From the NCBI GenBank assembly GCA_965228955.1, contig OZ245848.1, positions 835,879-899,878 of the forward strand: a stretch of DNA of 64,000 nt, written 5' to 3'. How positions within the stretch are numbered: the first letter of the stretch is position 1; each line of letters starts with the position of its first letter. This stretch comes from Cyclobacteriaceae bacterium. GTDB lineage: Bacteria > Bacteroidota > Bacteroidia > Cytophagales > Cyclobacteriaceae. This document shows, in pieces, positions 18,587 to 27,302 of the stretch. The notes under the pieces were generated by a model. It saw only the letters and a list, made by a program, of their open reading frames with translations. It searched no databases and was not told the origin of the DNA. The position numbers and the translations under genes were made by a program.

Positions 18587-19383
18587 TACTTACCTTTAAA
18601 ATTCGGCTTCCTCTTTTCTATAAATGCTTTTACTCCTTCAGAGTAATCTTCAGTTTCACTGGCAGCAATTTGAAGTCTGTTTTCCACCTCAAGTTGTTGC
18701 TCCAGGTTGTTTACTAGCGAAGAATTGAAGGCTTCTTTGGTATACGCCAACCCTTGAGTTGGCATATTGGCCATTCGTAGTGCTATTTTATTTACATTCT
18801 CTTCGAATTCCGCATCGCCAAAGTATTTGTAAATCATTCCGAGTGACTCAGCTTCCTGAGCAGATACTTTGTCTCCCAACATCGCTAATGCAGATGCTTT
18901 TTGGAAACCTACTAGCCTCGGGAGAAAGAATGTTCCTGCACTATCGGGTATTAAACCGATTCCGCTAAAAGCTTGGATGAAAGATGCATTCTCATGTGCA
19001 ATAACTATATCACAAGCAAGAGCAATGTTAGCTCCAGCACCAGCCGCAACTCCATTCACCTTAGCAATTACCGGTTTCATTAGCGCCCTTATCTTTCGAA
19101 TAATGGGCGCATAATGTTCCTCTAATATAGATTTGAATCCAGGCATTGCTTCCGGAGAGGTAACCTCTACCAGATCCTGACCGGCACAAAAGGCCTTGCC
19201 TTCACCGGTTATTAGAACGCATCTGATCTGCTCATCAGCTGCGCATTCATCTAATGATTTTTGGAATTGTAGTGCCAGTTCTCTGGTGACACTGTTGAAT
19301 GCTTTTGGCCTATTGAGTTTAATGGTGGCAACTCCGGCTTCTTTTGAAAAAATAATTGGCTCCATCGAGTCGTTTATATGCAT
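18586..19383 (-). CDS. paaG: Enoyl-CoA hydratase/isomerase, PaaG-like (1,2-epoxyphenylacetyl-CoA isomerase candidate)
   Basis: 'ATIKLNRPKAFNSV...RCVLITGEGKAFCAGQDL' closely follows the PaaG N-terminal pattern. Confidence 0.8.
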   Translation of the reverse strand: MHINDSMEPIIFSKEAGVATIKLNRPKAFNSVTRELALQFQKSLDECAADEQIRCVLITGEGKAFCAGQDLVEVTSPEAMPGFKSILEEHYAPIIRKIRALMKPVIAKVNGVAAGAGANIALACDIVIAHENASFIQAFSGIGLIPDSAGTFFLPRLVGFQKASALAMLGDKVSAQEAESLGMIYKYFGDAEFEENVNKIALRMANMPTQGLAYTKEAFNSSLVNNLEQQLEVENRLQIAASETEDYSEGVKAFIEKRKPNFKGK

Positions 19384-19859
19384 TTGAAGTAATCAAAAGG
19401 TTCCAGGCAATCCTGGCATTTAAAAAGTGCTTTGCAAGGTGTTGATCCAAACTGGCTTACCATTTCGGTATTGGTTGAACCGCATTGAGGACATTTGATA
19501 ATCCTTTCACCATCCAGCAATGCTTTTTTGTCCATGGTTTCATTCATAGGAGGAGCAATGCCGTACTTTTCTAACTTTTGCTTACCATTTTCTGAAATCC
19601 ATTCGGTTGTCCATGGTGGAGATAATACAGTGTCTACTTTCGCTTCTATATTATGAGATTTGAAAGCGTTTACTATATCTTCTTCGATCACATCCATTGC
19701 CGGGCAACCAGAGTAAGTAGGGGTGATGGTGATCAACACATGATCAGCTTTTTGTTGGGCGTCTTTCACAATGCCCATATCCAAAATAGACAATACAGGA
19801 ATTTCCGGATCAGAAACTGATTCTAGAATTTCCTGTATTTGGTTGTCTATCTTGATCAT
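19374..19859 (-). CDS. paaD: 1,2-phenylacetyl-CoA epoxidase subunit PaaD
   Basis: A DUF59-like N-terminus plus the C-terminal Cys cluster 'KCPQCGSTNTEMVSQFGSTPCKALFKCQDCLEPFDYFKCI'. Confidence 0.9.
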   Translation of the reverse strand: MIKIDNQIQEILESVSDPEIPVLSILDMGIVKDAQQKADHVLITITPTYSGCPAMDVIEEDIVNAFKSHNIEAKVDTVLSPPWTTEWISENGKQKLEKYGIAPPMNETMDKKALLDGERIIKCPQCGSTNTEMVSQFGSTPCKALFKCQDCLEPFDYFKCI

Positions 19860-19884
19860 TGTTTGGGTTGTTTTTATTTGATAA

Positions 19885-20637
19885 TCACCAGGTCATATTT
19901 GGGTATGTCCTTTGCATGTATTGCAATTCTGTTAATATGAATCCCATGTGCTCGGAGTGAATTCCATTTTTCCCTCCTTGCTGATAAGGATCATATTCTG
20001 GTATTGTTAATGTTGCTTCTGCGACAACTGCCTCAATATCTTTTTTGTATTGCTCGTGAATAGCGTTTAGATCAGCTCCAATTCCCTCTTCTTTCGCCCA
20101 TTTCTCAATTTCTGATTCTTCGAAAAGCTCACCAACATATGCCCATAAGTAATCCAGTGCTTCCTGCGTTTTTTGATGACTTTCTTCAGTCCCATCACCA
20201 AGTCTTTTTACCCACTCAGATGAAAATCTATGATGGTAACTGACTTCTTTAATCGACTTTGCGGCAATGGCAGCTATCGTTTTGTCTTTGCTATTCTTTA
20301 ATTGCTCAAGCAGTGGTAGGTGGTAAGCATCAAAAAGGAACTGTCTTACTATGATGTAAGCAAAGTCTGTATTTGGCTGCTCAACCAAAAGAACATTTTT
20401 GTATTCTCTCTCTGTTCTCAAGAAAGCAACAGTATCTTCATTAAAGTTTTCACCTTTTACTTTTGCAGCATATTGGCAATAACTTCTCGTCTGACCGTAT
20501 AAATCCAATGAAATATTGGTCAAAGCGATATCGGTTTCCAGGCTTGGCCCGTGACCGCATAGCTCCGAAAGTCTGTGACCCAGAATCATGCTGTTATCGC
20601 TTAATTGAAGTATATATTGATATAAATTATCGTTCAT
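19885..20637 (-). CDS. paaC: 1,2-phenylacetyl-CoA epoxidase subunit PaaC
   Basis: A ferritin-like structural subunit whose size (250 aa) and position between paaB and paaD fit PaaC. Confidence 0.88.
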   Translation of the reverse strand: MNDNLYQYILQLSDNSMILGHRLSELCGHGPSLETDIALTNISLDLYGQTRSYCQYAAKVKGENFNEDTVAFLRTEREYKNVLLVEQPNTDFAYIIVRQFLFDAYHLPLLEQLKNSKDKTIAAIAAKSIKEVSYHHRFSSEWVKRLGDGTEESHQKTQEALDYLWAYVGELFEESEIEKWAKEEGIGADLNAIHEQYKKDIEAVVAEATLTIPEYDPYQQGGKNGIHSEHMGFILTELQYMQRTYPNMTW

Positions 20638-20696
20638 TTTTTTGGCTTTTTAGCTACTAGCTTTTTGGCTTTTTAGCTTTTGGCTTACTTGAAATT
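20638..20696 (-). repeat. Word-repeat spacer (AGCCAAAA/AGCTAAAA on the sense strand) filling the whole paaB-paaC junction
   Basis: The plus strand reads 'tttttttggctttttagctactagctttttggctttttagcttttggcttac'. Confidence 0.6.
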
Positions 20697-20981
20697 CTAT
20701 ATGTGCTTTACCTCGTCGGGTAAGTCGTAGAATGTTGGGTGTCTGTATACTTTGTCAGCTGCTGGTTCGAATATTTCACCGGCTTGCTCTGGATTAGATG
20801 CAGTAATGTTTTCTGATTCTACAACCCAGATGCTTACGCCTTCCATTCTTCTGGTGTATACATCTCTTGCGTTTTCTATCGCCATGGTAGCATCAGCAGC
20901 ATGTAAACTTCCAACATGTCTGTGCTCTAAACCATTCTTACTTCTAATGAAGACTTCAAAAAGTGGCCAATTCTTGCTCAT
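20697..20981 (-). CDS. paaB: 1,2-phenylacetyl-CoA epoxidase subunit PaaB
   Basis: 94 aa with 'WPLFEVFIRSKNGLEHRHVGSLHAAD...YTRR'. It lies 3 nt downstream of paaA. Confidence 0.9.
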   Translation of the reverse strand: MSKNWPLFEVFIRSKNGLEHRHVGSLHAADATMAIENARDVYTRRMEGVSIWVVESENITASNPEQAGEIFEPAADKVYRHPTFYDLPDEVKHI

Positions 20982-20984
20982 ATC

Positions 20985-21941
20985 TTATACTGCTTCTTTA
21001 AGTGTTTGCTTAGCTTTTTTCTCTGCGTGTGCTACAGCGGCATCTCTAACCCACTTACCTTTATCATAAGCAGTCTTTCTCGCGTGTAGTCTTTCTTTGT
21101 TACAAGGTCCGTGACCTTTTACAACTCTCCAGAATTCATCCCAATTGATCTCTCCAAAGTCATAGTGACCTCTCTCTTCATTCCATTTAAGATCTTTATC
21201 CGGAATGGTTAAACCAAGAAATTCAGCCTGAGGAACAGTCTGGTCAACGAATTGCTGACGAAGTTCATCGTTGGTCTTTCTCTTAATTTTCCATTTCATT
21301 GATTGCTCAGTGTGAGTAGATGCTTCGTCAGTTGGACCAAACATCATTAATGAAGGCCACCACCATCTGTTTAGTGCGTCCTGAGCCATTTCTTTTTGTA
21401 CTTCTGTGCCTTTAGATAGAGTAAGAAGGATTTCGTAACCTTGTCTTTGGTGGAAACTTTCTTCTTTACAAATTCTCACCATAGCCCTTGCATACGGACC
21501 GTAAGAAGTTCTTGTAAGCATCACCTGGTTCATGATTGCTGCACCATCAACTAACCATCCAATTGCACCGATATCGGCCCAGGTTACTGCCGGGTAGTTG
21601 AAAATACTTGAATATTTCGCTTTCCCTGAATGAAGTTGCTCGAAAAGTTCATCTCTAGAGATACCTAGAGTTTCAGTAGCACTGTATAAATACAATCCGT
21701 GTCCACCTTCATCCTGCACTTTTGCTAATAATGCTACTTTTCTTCTGAGACTAGGAGCTCTTGTAATCCAGTTGCCTTCCGGAAGCATACCAACAATTTC
21801 TGAATGAGCATGCTGTGAAATCTGTCGGATGTGAGTTTTTCTATATTTCTCAGGCATCCAATCTTTAGGTTCAATGTTCTCTCCACGATCTATTCGTGCC
21901 TGGAACTGCTCTTCTAAATCAATGATTTCTTTTTCTGACAT
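20985..21941 (-). CDS. paaA: 1,2-phenylacetyl-CoA epoxidase catalytic subunit PaaA
   Basis: Diiron ferritin-like motifs 'QDEGGHG' and '[10 protein letters not shown]'. Confidence 0.93.
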   Translation of the reverse strand: MSEKEIIDLEEQFQARIDRGENIEPKDWMPEKYRKTHIRQISQHAHSEIVGMLPEGNWITRAPSLRRKVALLAKVQDEGGHGLYLYSATETLGISRDELFEQLHSGKAKYSSIFNYPAVTWADIGAIGWLVDGAAIMNQVMLTRTSYGPYARAMVRICKEESFHQRQGYEILLTLSKGTEVQKEMAQDALNRWWWPSLMMFGPTDEASTHTEQSMKWKIKRKTNDELRQQFVDQTVPQAEFLGLTIPDKDLKWNEERGHYDFGEINWDEFWRVVKGHGPCNKERLHARKTAYDKGKWVRDAAVAHAEKKAKQTLKEAV

Positions 21942-21948
21942 ATTTTTT

Positions 21949-22083
21949 GAAGTTAGAAGCTGGAAGACCGAAGACCGAAGTTTTGTGACTTCTGACTTTA
22001 GTACCTCTGCACTCCATTTAAGTATTCAATTTCTTTTATGAGACTTGGACTTCTGTCTTCCGACTTCCGTCTGCGGTCTTCTT
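21949..22083. repeat. Family A element, copy A4
   Basis: GA arm 'gaagttagaagctggaagaccgaagaccgaagttttgtg' (21949-21987) and core 'acttctgac...cactccattt'. The CT arm 'acttctgtcttccgacttccgtctgcggtcttc' (22049-22082) abuts the paaE stop. Confidence 0.8.
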
Positions 22084-23152
22084 AAACATCAAAATCCACA
22101 ACCACTTTATCCGTTAGTGGAATAGCTTGGCAGGTGAGAACATAACCATCTTCTACCTCTTCTTGTTCGAGTGCGTAGTTGTTGATCATTTCTACTTTAC
22201 CTTCAAGTACTTTTGCCTTACAAGTACAGCAAACACCACCTTTGCAAGCGAATGGTAAGTCTGCAGCTTGTCCAAGCGCACCATCTAATATGTTTGTTTT
22301 TCCAATTTCAAGATCAAAGCGGAATTTCTTGCCACCTTCCTGAACTGTAACATCACATATTTCACCACTGTGAGCTTTTACTTCTTCACTTGGCACATAT
22401 TTTTGACCAGTTGTGTTGAATAACTCAAAGTGAATTTTTTGTTCGTCAAAACCTTTATCCTTCAAGTAATCTCTGATTAGGAATATCATATCTTCAGGAC
22501 CACAGATAAAGGTGTCGTCTGTATTTTCTGTGCTTATTAAAGAACTGTAAATAATATCCAGTTTTTCGCTATCAATTCTTCCGTCAAACAAAGCGACATC
22601 TCTCACCTCCTTTGTCAGGAAGTGATAGATTTTGAATCGATTGAGATATTGATTCTTTAAAGCTTCAATTTCTTCTTTAAGAATTACGGAACCAGCATTC
22701 TTGTTGATATAGAACAAAGTAAATGTACTGTTTGGTTCTGACATCAAATGAGTTTTGATGATTGATAGGATAGGAGTGATACCACTTCCAGCTGCGAACG
22801 CAACATAGTTTTTGTTTGCATTCGGTTCTATTGGTACGTTGAAGTTACCGTGTGGAGGCATCACCTCTAAAGTATCTCCCGCTTTTAGGTTATTATTCGC
22901 AAAAGTTGAGAATACTCCATTAGGTATTTGCTTAATTCCAACTCTCAATTCACCATCCAGAGGACTGGAACAAATTGAATAATTCCTTCTTACTTCCTCA
23001 TTATTGATTGTGGCTTTCAGGGTAAGATGTTGGCCTTGAACGAACTTAAAAGCCTCTTTTTCACCATTATTCAAATCAAATGAAATGATAGAACAATCCG
23101 GTGTGGTTTTGAATATTTCCTTGATTTTCAGGTCGTAAAACTTATTCTGCAT
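22082..23152 (-). CDS. paaE: 1,2-phenylacetyl-CoA epoxidase reductase subunit PaaE (FNR-like + plant-type 2Fe-2S)
   Basis: FAD motif 'RNYSICS', NAD motif 'AAGSGITP', and C-terminal ferredoxin 'CKGGVCCTCKAKV'. Confidence 0.9.
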   Translation of the reverse strand: MQNKFYDLKIKEIFKTTPDCSIISFDLNNGEKEAFKFVQGQHLTLKATINNEEVRRNYSICSSPLDGELRVGIKQIPNGVFSTFANNNLKAGDTLEVMPPHGNFNVPIEPNANKNYVAFAAGSGITPILSIIKTHLMSEPNSTFTLFYINKNAGSVILKEEIEALKNQYLNRFKIYHFLTKEVRDVALFDGRIDSEKLDIIYSSLISTENTDDTFICGPEDMIFLIRDYLKDKGFDEQKIHFELFNTTGQKYVPSEEVKAHSGEICDVTVQEGGKKFRFDLEIGKTNILDGALGQAADLPFACKGGVCCTCKAKVLEGKVEMINNYALEQEEVEDGYVLTCQAIPLTDKVVVDFDV

Positions 23153-23165
23153 TTCTGGGAGCTAA

Positions 23166-23215
23166 CAAACGTTTGCATAAAACTAACAATTGTTAGTTAA
23201 ACTGACAAATGTCAG
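23166..23215. promoter_or_regulatory. Three palindromes in the paaE promoter region (candidate TetR operator sites)
   Basis: 'caaacgtttg' (23166-23175), an 18-bp perfect palindrome 'aactaacaattgttagtt' (23181-23198), and 'ctgaca aa tgtcag' (23202-23215). All lie 14-63 nt upstream of the paaE ATG. Confidence 0.65.
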
Positions 23216-23250
23216 GAAAGGAATTATATGAGCGGTTGACGTTTTGAAAT

Positions 23251-23283
23251 AAAAAAGCAACCTCATTATTGGGGTTGCTTTAC
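23251..23283 (-). terminator. Intrinsic terminator after the paa TetR gene
   Basis: The minus strand reads 'aagcaacccc aataat gaggttgctt tttt'. Confidence 0.75.
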
Positions 23284-23312
23284 CTGAACTAAATACTACT
23301 AGTGTAGATTTC

Positions 23313-23906
23313 TTATTTGTTTCTTAAACCATCAACCAAACAATGAATCATTTCTTTCTCCAATTCCACTGGGTTGATATTTTTCTGTTTACTGTACCAT
23401 GAATACAACCACCTCAAAGTGGAAAGAATTGAGAATAGCGCAATTTCCGGGTCTACCGGTGAGAAGTCTCCATCCTCAATGCATTGCTTAATTATGTTTT
23501 CAAATTGCTTTTCGTATTGATCTCGGAGTGATGTGAACTCTCTATGAGGTTCTTCATCAAGATGTACCCATTCATTGGTGATAAGGGAGATGGAATCAGT
23601 ATGTTCGATTGCGAATCTCACGTGCATACTAATCAACTTTTCCAACTTGATAATTGATTTGTGGGAGGATCCATCTATTTCTTCCATACCCTCAGTAAAA
23701 AGGCGTGCCATGTTGAGAAGGAGTTCTTGAAAAATTTCTTGTTTGGAAGAGATGTGATTATAGAGACTTGCTGCTTCCATACCAACTTCTTGAGCGATAT
23801 CTCTCATTGAAGTGGCTTTATAACCCTTTTTTCTAAAGAGCCTTGCTGCGCAATCTTTTATAATCTCCCGTTTTGATTTCATCAACATCATTTGAAAAGC
23901 AGACAA
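23313..23906 (-). CDS. TetR/AcrR-family regulator, probable paa cluster repressor
   Basis: HTH 'GYKATSMRDIAQEVGMEAASLYNHISSKQE'. The ORF-track start is a TTG. The first ATG is codon 6 (about 23891) and may be the true start. Confidence 0.85.
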   Translation of the reverse strand: MSAFQMMLMKSKREIIKDCAARLFRKKGYKATSMRDIAQEVGMEAASLYNHISSKQEIFQELLLNMARLFTEGMEEIDGSSHKSIIKLEKLISMHVRFAIEHTDSISLITNEWVHLDEEPHREFTSLRDQYEKQFENIIKQCIEDGDFSPVDPEIALFSILSTLRWLYSWYSKQKNINPVELEKEMIHCLVDGLRNK

Positions 23907-23928
23907 ATATATAGTTAAATAATTCTTA

Positions 23929-23946
23929 AACTAACAGTTGTTAGTT
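23929..23946. promoter_or_regulatory. Second copy of the 18-bp operator, upstream of the TetR gene (autoregulation site)
   Basis: 'aactaacagttgttagtt' differs from 23181-23198 at one central base. It lies 23 nt upstream of the annotated start. Confidence 0.65.
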
Positions 23947-24056
23947 ATTTGTAATTCTTTGAAAATCTCAACAGGTCATAACTTATATCGTCGATTTGTC
24001 CTTTGAGGTTCTAGATTTTACTGAATTGACTAAATATGAGGACGAGTGGTTGCATG

Positions 24057-25481
24057 CTACTGCCACTTTACTTCCCAGATGTTATCTCCGGCAACTACGG
24101 TTGTGCTTTCGCATTTTGGAAATCTTCTGATTCGAATAGTTTCCCCTTTAAATTCGAATAGCTCTTTATTGACTACATACCAATCATTGATTTTATGATA
24201 TGCGACTATAATGTATTCTCCAGATTCCACATTTAGTTTGACCTTATTGGACTCTGGTGTCACAATCTCGATGGGCTTTGGTTTGAATGTTCCAGTTTTG
24301 AGTCGGGATAATATTCTCCCACAATCAGGTACACCATAGCCTACATGGTTATTACCATAAGGATACAAGTTTCCTGATTGGGTAATAATTTCTTTGACCT
24401 CCAAGTTGGATAGTGTGCTGTCATACTGCCAGATTCCAGCTGCCATTCCAGTTAATATTGGAGTGGAAAAGGAGGTGCCTCTACTTGCAAAACAAGTAAT
24501 ATCAGGTTTCATGTAGGGAAGAAACTCCGGGCCAATTGAACTGTAGTTCATACGATCTGTGATATTTAACTTACTGGCACCAACCGCTAATACATCTTTA
24601 GCATCTGCCGGGGTGTTTATAATTTCCCATTTTGCAACATCACCTTCGTTTCCTGCTGCAACTACTATTAGCATTCCCTTTTCTTCAGCAGCAATTTGTA
24701 CTGCTTTAGCAATAGCAGAACTTCCATCCATTTGGCTTGGTGAATAGTTTTCTTCTGGATTGTTGTAGCCATAAGTGTATCCAACTGAGGCATTGACCAA
24801 CTTCACACCAAGACTATCAAGCCATTCAAGTGCCTGGACAAAGTACTCTTCTTCAATTCTCCTTTCACTTCCTCCATGATCTGTTCTGGCAAGATATATT
24901 GAAGAATGAGTGGCTAGACCTAGTTGCACATTCTTCTCTCGATTTACCCCTCCAAGCATTTCCCAAACATCAGTGCCGTGCTGATCATCCAGGTATTGAT
25001 TTCCAGTGTATGGAGGTTCGTTTGGAGTTAGGTAGTCTTTGTATTCGATGACCAGGCTATCCTGAAAATATGTTTTTAAACTAGGGTGCTTATTAGCAGC
25101 TAAAAAGCCGCCATCAATAATCCCAACTTTTACTCCTTTGCCATTTAACCCTGCTTCAATAAATGCCTGACCATTTATCTGTTCCAATGCGAATCCCAAT
25201 TTGTTAGCTCGAACTGAATTTCCGGTAGGAATTAAATATCCTGTTCTGGTTATTGCAGTTGCAAAGCCAGAGTTTTTAATCTTTGTTAACTCTTGATTAG
25301 AGAGCTCAATTGTAAATGCATGAAGCCAATTAGAATAAAAGCAAGGTTCGAATTCTGGAAATTGATTAATGAATTGGTTTTTACTTACATCGGGTTTTAT
25401 GTAAACCCAATATTTCTTTTGGGATTGACTGAATCCATTTATTGATAACAAAAGCCATATAACACAAATCCAATACTTCAT
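24057..25481 (-). CDS. Secreted S8 (subtilisin-family) serine peptidase
   Basis: Signal peptide present. Catalytic motifs are 'VGIIDGG' (Asp), 'HGTDVWEM' (His) and 'GTSFSTPILTGMAAG' (Ser). Confidence 0.85.
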   Translation of the reverse strand: MKYWICVIWLLLSINGFSQSQKKYWVYIKPDVSKNQFINQFPEFEPCFYSNWLHAFTIELSNQELTKIKNSGFATAITRTGYLIPTGNSVRANKLGFALEQINGQAFIEAGLNGKGVKVGIIDGGFLAANKHPSLKTYFQDSLVIEYKDYLTPNEPPYTGNQYLDDQHGTDVWEMLGGVNREKNVQLGLATHSSIYLARTDHGGSERRIEEEYFVQALEWLDSLGVKLVNASVGYTYGYNNPEENYSPSQMDGSSAIAKAVQIAAEEKGMLIVVAAGNEGDVAKWEIINTPADAKDVLAVGASKLNITDRMNYSSIGPEFLPYMKPDITCFASRGTSFSTPILTGMAAGIWQYDSTLSNLEVKEIITQSGNLYPYGNNHVGYGVPDCGRILSRLKTGTFKPKPIEIVTPESNKVKLNVESGEYIIVAYHKINDWYVVNKELFEFKGETIRIRRFPKCESTTVVAGDNIWEVKWQ

Positions 25482-25575
25482 ATCAACCTAAGTCAGACTA
25501 TTAAACGAAATTATTATAAAATTGTGATCCCAAGTAGTATATTGAGTTCAATAATACAATAACCCTTAAATTAAC

Positions 25576-26865
25576 ATGAAGTACAGACCTATAGGAGCGG
25601 AATTATTCAATTTGAATAGAAAGAATTTTGTAGAGCAGTTGAAACCTAAATCTGTGGCTGTTTTCCATTCTAATGATATAATGCCAACTAATGCAGATGG
25701 TACCATGCCATTTAAGCAAAATAGTAATTTGTTATATCTATCAGGCATTGACCAGGAAGAGACAGTATTGTTAATTGCTCCGGACTTTCCAGATCCTAAT
25801 TTCAGAGAGGTGCTTTTTGTTAAAGAGACAAGCGAAGAAATTGCTATCTGGGAAGGTCATAAGTTCACGAAATCTGAAGCTACAGATGTTTCAGGAGTGA
25901 AGAATGTAAGATGGGTAAGTGAATTTGAAAAAGTACTCTCAACAATATTGGCAGAATCAGACAATATCTATCTGGACCTAAATGAACATATTCGAAGTGC
26001 CAATGAGGTAGAGACCAGAACAGAACGATTCTTTAAATGGTGCAAAGGGCAATACCCGCTGTATAATTACGAAAGATCATTTCCAATTCTGATGAACTTG
26101 AGAATGGTGAAATCACAACGAGAAGTGGATATGATCCAGCATGCTTGCGATATCACAGAGAAAGGGTTTAGGAGAATATTGGATGCTGTCAATCCTGGAG
26201 TATGGGAATATGAGATTGAGGCAGAGTACATGCATGAGTTTTTAATCAATCGCTCAAGAGGTTTTGCCTATACACCAATTGTTGCATCCGGAGCTAACGC
26301 TTGCGTTTTGCATTACATTGAAAATAATCAACAATGCAAAGACGGTGATTTAATCCTAATGGACGTAGGTGCGGAATATGCCAACTACAATGCGGATATG
26401 ACAAGAACAATTCCTGTAGGAGGTAGATTTAATACGAGACAATTGGATATCTATAACGCTGTTCTTAGAGTCAAAACAAAGGCTACTGAACTTCTTAGAC
26501 CTGGTACAACTATTACCGAATATCATAAGGAAGTTGGATTAATGATGCAAAGTGAATTGTTGGAACTAGGTTTGATCGATAAGACTGATGTCAAAAACCA
26601 GGACCCAAACTGGCCTGCTTATAAAAAGTACTTTATGCACGGAACGTCGCACCATTTAGGATTAGATGTTCATGATGTGGGAAGCTTTCATAGTGAATTA
26701 AGTGTTGGCAATGTATTTACTGTTGAGCCAGGAATTTACATCAGAGAAGAAGGAATTGGCATTCGATTAGAAGATAACATCTTAATCACCGAAGATGGTC
26801 ATCATAATTTGATGAGAAACATCCCTATTCATGCTGAAGAGATTGAAGATTTGATGAATAAATGA
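25576..26865 (+). CDS. pepP: Xaa-Pro aminopeptidase (M24B)
   Basis: An AMP_N-like N-terminus with metal ligand motifs 'DVGAEYANYNADMTRT', 'HGTSHHLGLDVHD', 'EPGIY' and 'RLEDN'. Confidence 0.9.
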   Translation: MKYRPIGAELFNLNRKNFVEQLKPKSVAVFHSNDIMPTNADGTMPFKQNSNLLYLSGIDQEETVLLIAPDFPDPNFREVLFVKETSEEIAIWEGHKFTKSEATDVSGVKNVRWVSEFEKVLSTILAESDNIYLDLNEHIRSANEVETRTERFFKWCKGQYPLYNYERSFPILMNLRMVKSQREVDMIQHACDITEKGFRRILDAVNPGVWEYEIEAEYMHEFLINRSRGFAYTPIVASGANACVLHYIENNQQCKDGDLILMDVGAEYANYNADMTRTIPVGGRFNTRQLDIYNAVLRVKTKATELLRPGTTITEYHKEVGLMMQSELLELGLIDKTDVKNQDPNWPAYKKYFMHGTSHHLGLDVHDVGSFHSELSVGNVFTVEPGIYIREEGIGIRLEDNILITEDGHHNLMRNIPIHAEEIEDLMNK

Positions 26866-27302
26866 TCAATATTCGTAAGGGATCGATAGAGGAGGTTGTA
26901 GAGATTTCTAATAAGATCCCTGAATTCCATAATCCATATCGAGCAGAGGATTATCAAGCGAAATTTAATACCAAGCACATTATACTGGTAGCCGAGATGA
27001 ATAACCAATTGGTTGGTTTCAAATGCGGCTATGAAAGAGATGCTTCCACCGGTAAATTCTATAGTTGGATGGGTGGAGTATTGCCTGAATTCCGTAAGTC
27101 CGGTGTAGCCAGAGATTTATTGATTGCAATGGAGGCATGGTGCGTAAATGAAGGATATAAAATTTTGGAATTCAAGACATTAAATGAACACAAATCCATG
27201 CTTATTTTTTCATTGAAGTATGGTTTTGAAATAACAGAGGTGATCAATTCACCCAAAGACCCAAGAAAAAGAATTGTATTACAAAAACAACTTAAACCAT
27301 GA
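26862..27302 (+). CDS. GNAT-family N-acetyltransferase
   Basis: Acetyl-CoA motif 'GGVLPEFRKSGVARDLL'. ATGA overlap with pepP. Confidence 0.75.
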   Translation: MINIRKGSIEEVVEISNKIPEFHNPYRAEDYQAKFNTKHIILVAEMNNQLVGFKCGYERDASTGKFYSWMGGVLPEFRKSGVARDLLIAMEAWCVNEGYKILEFKTLNEHKSMLIFSLKYGFEITEVINSPKDPRKRIVLQKQLKP

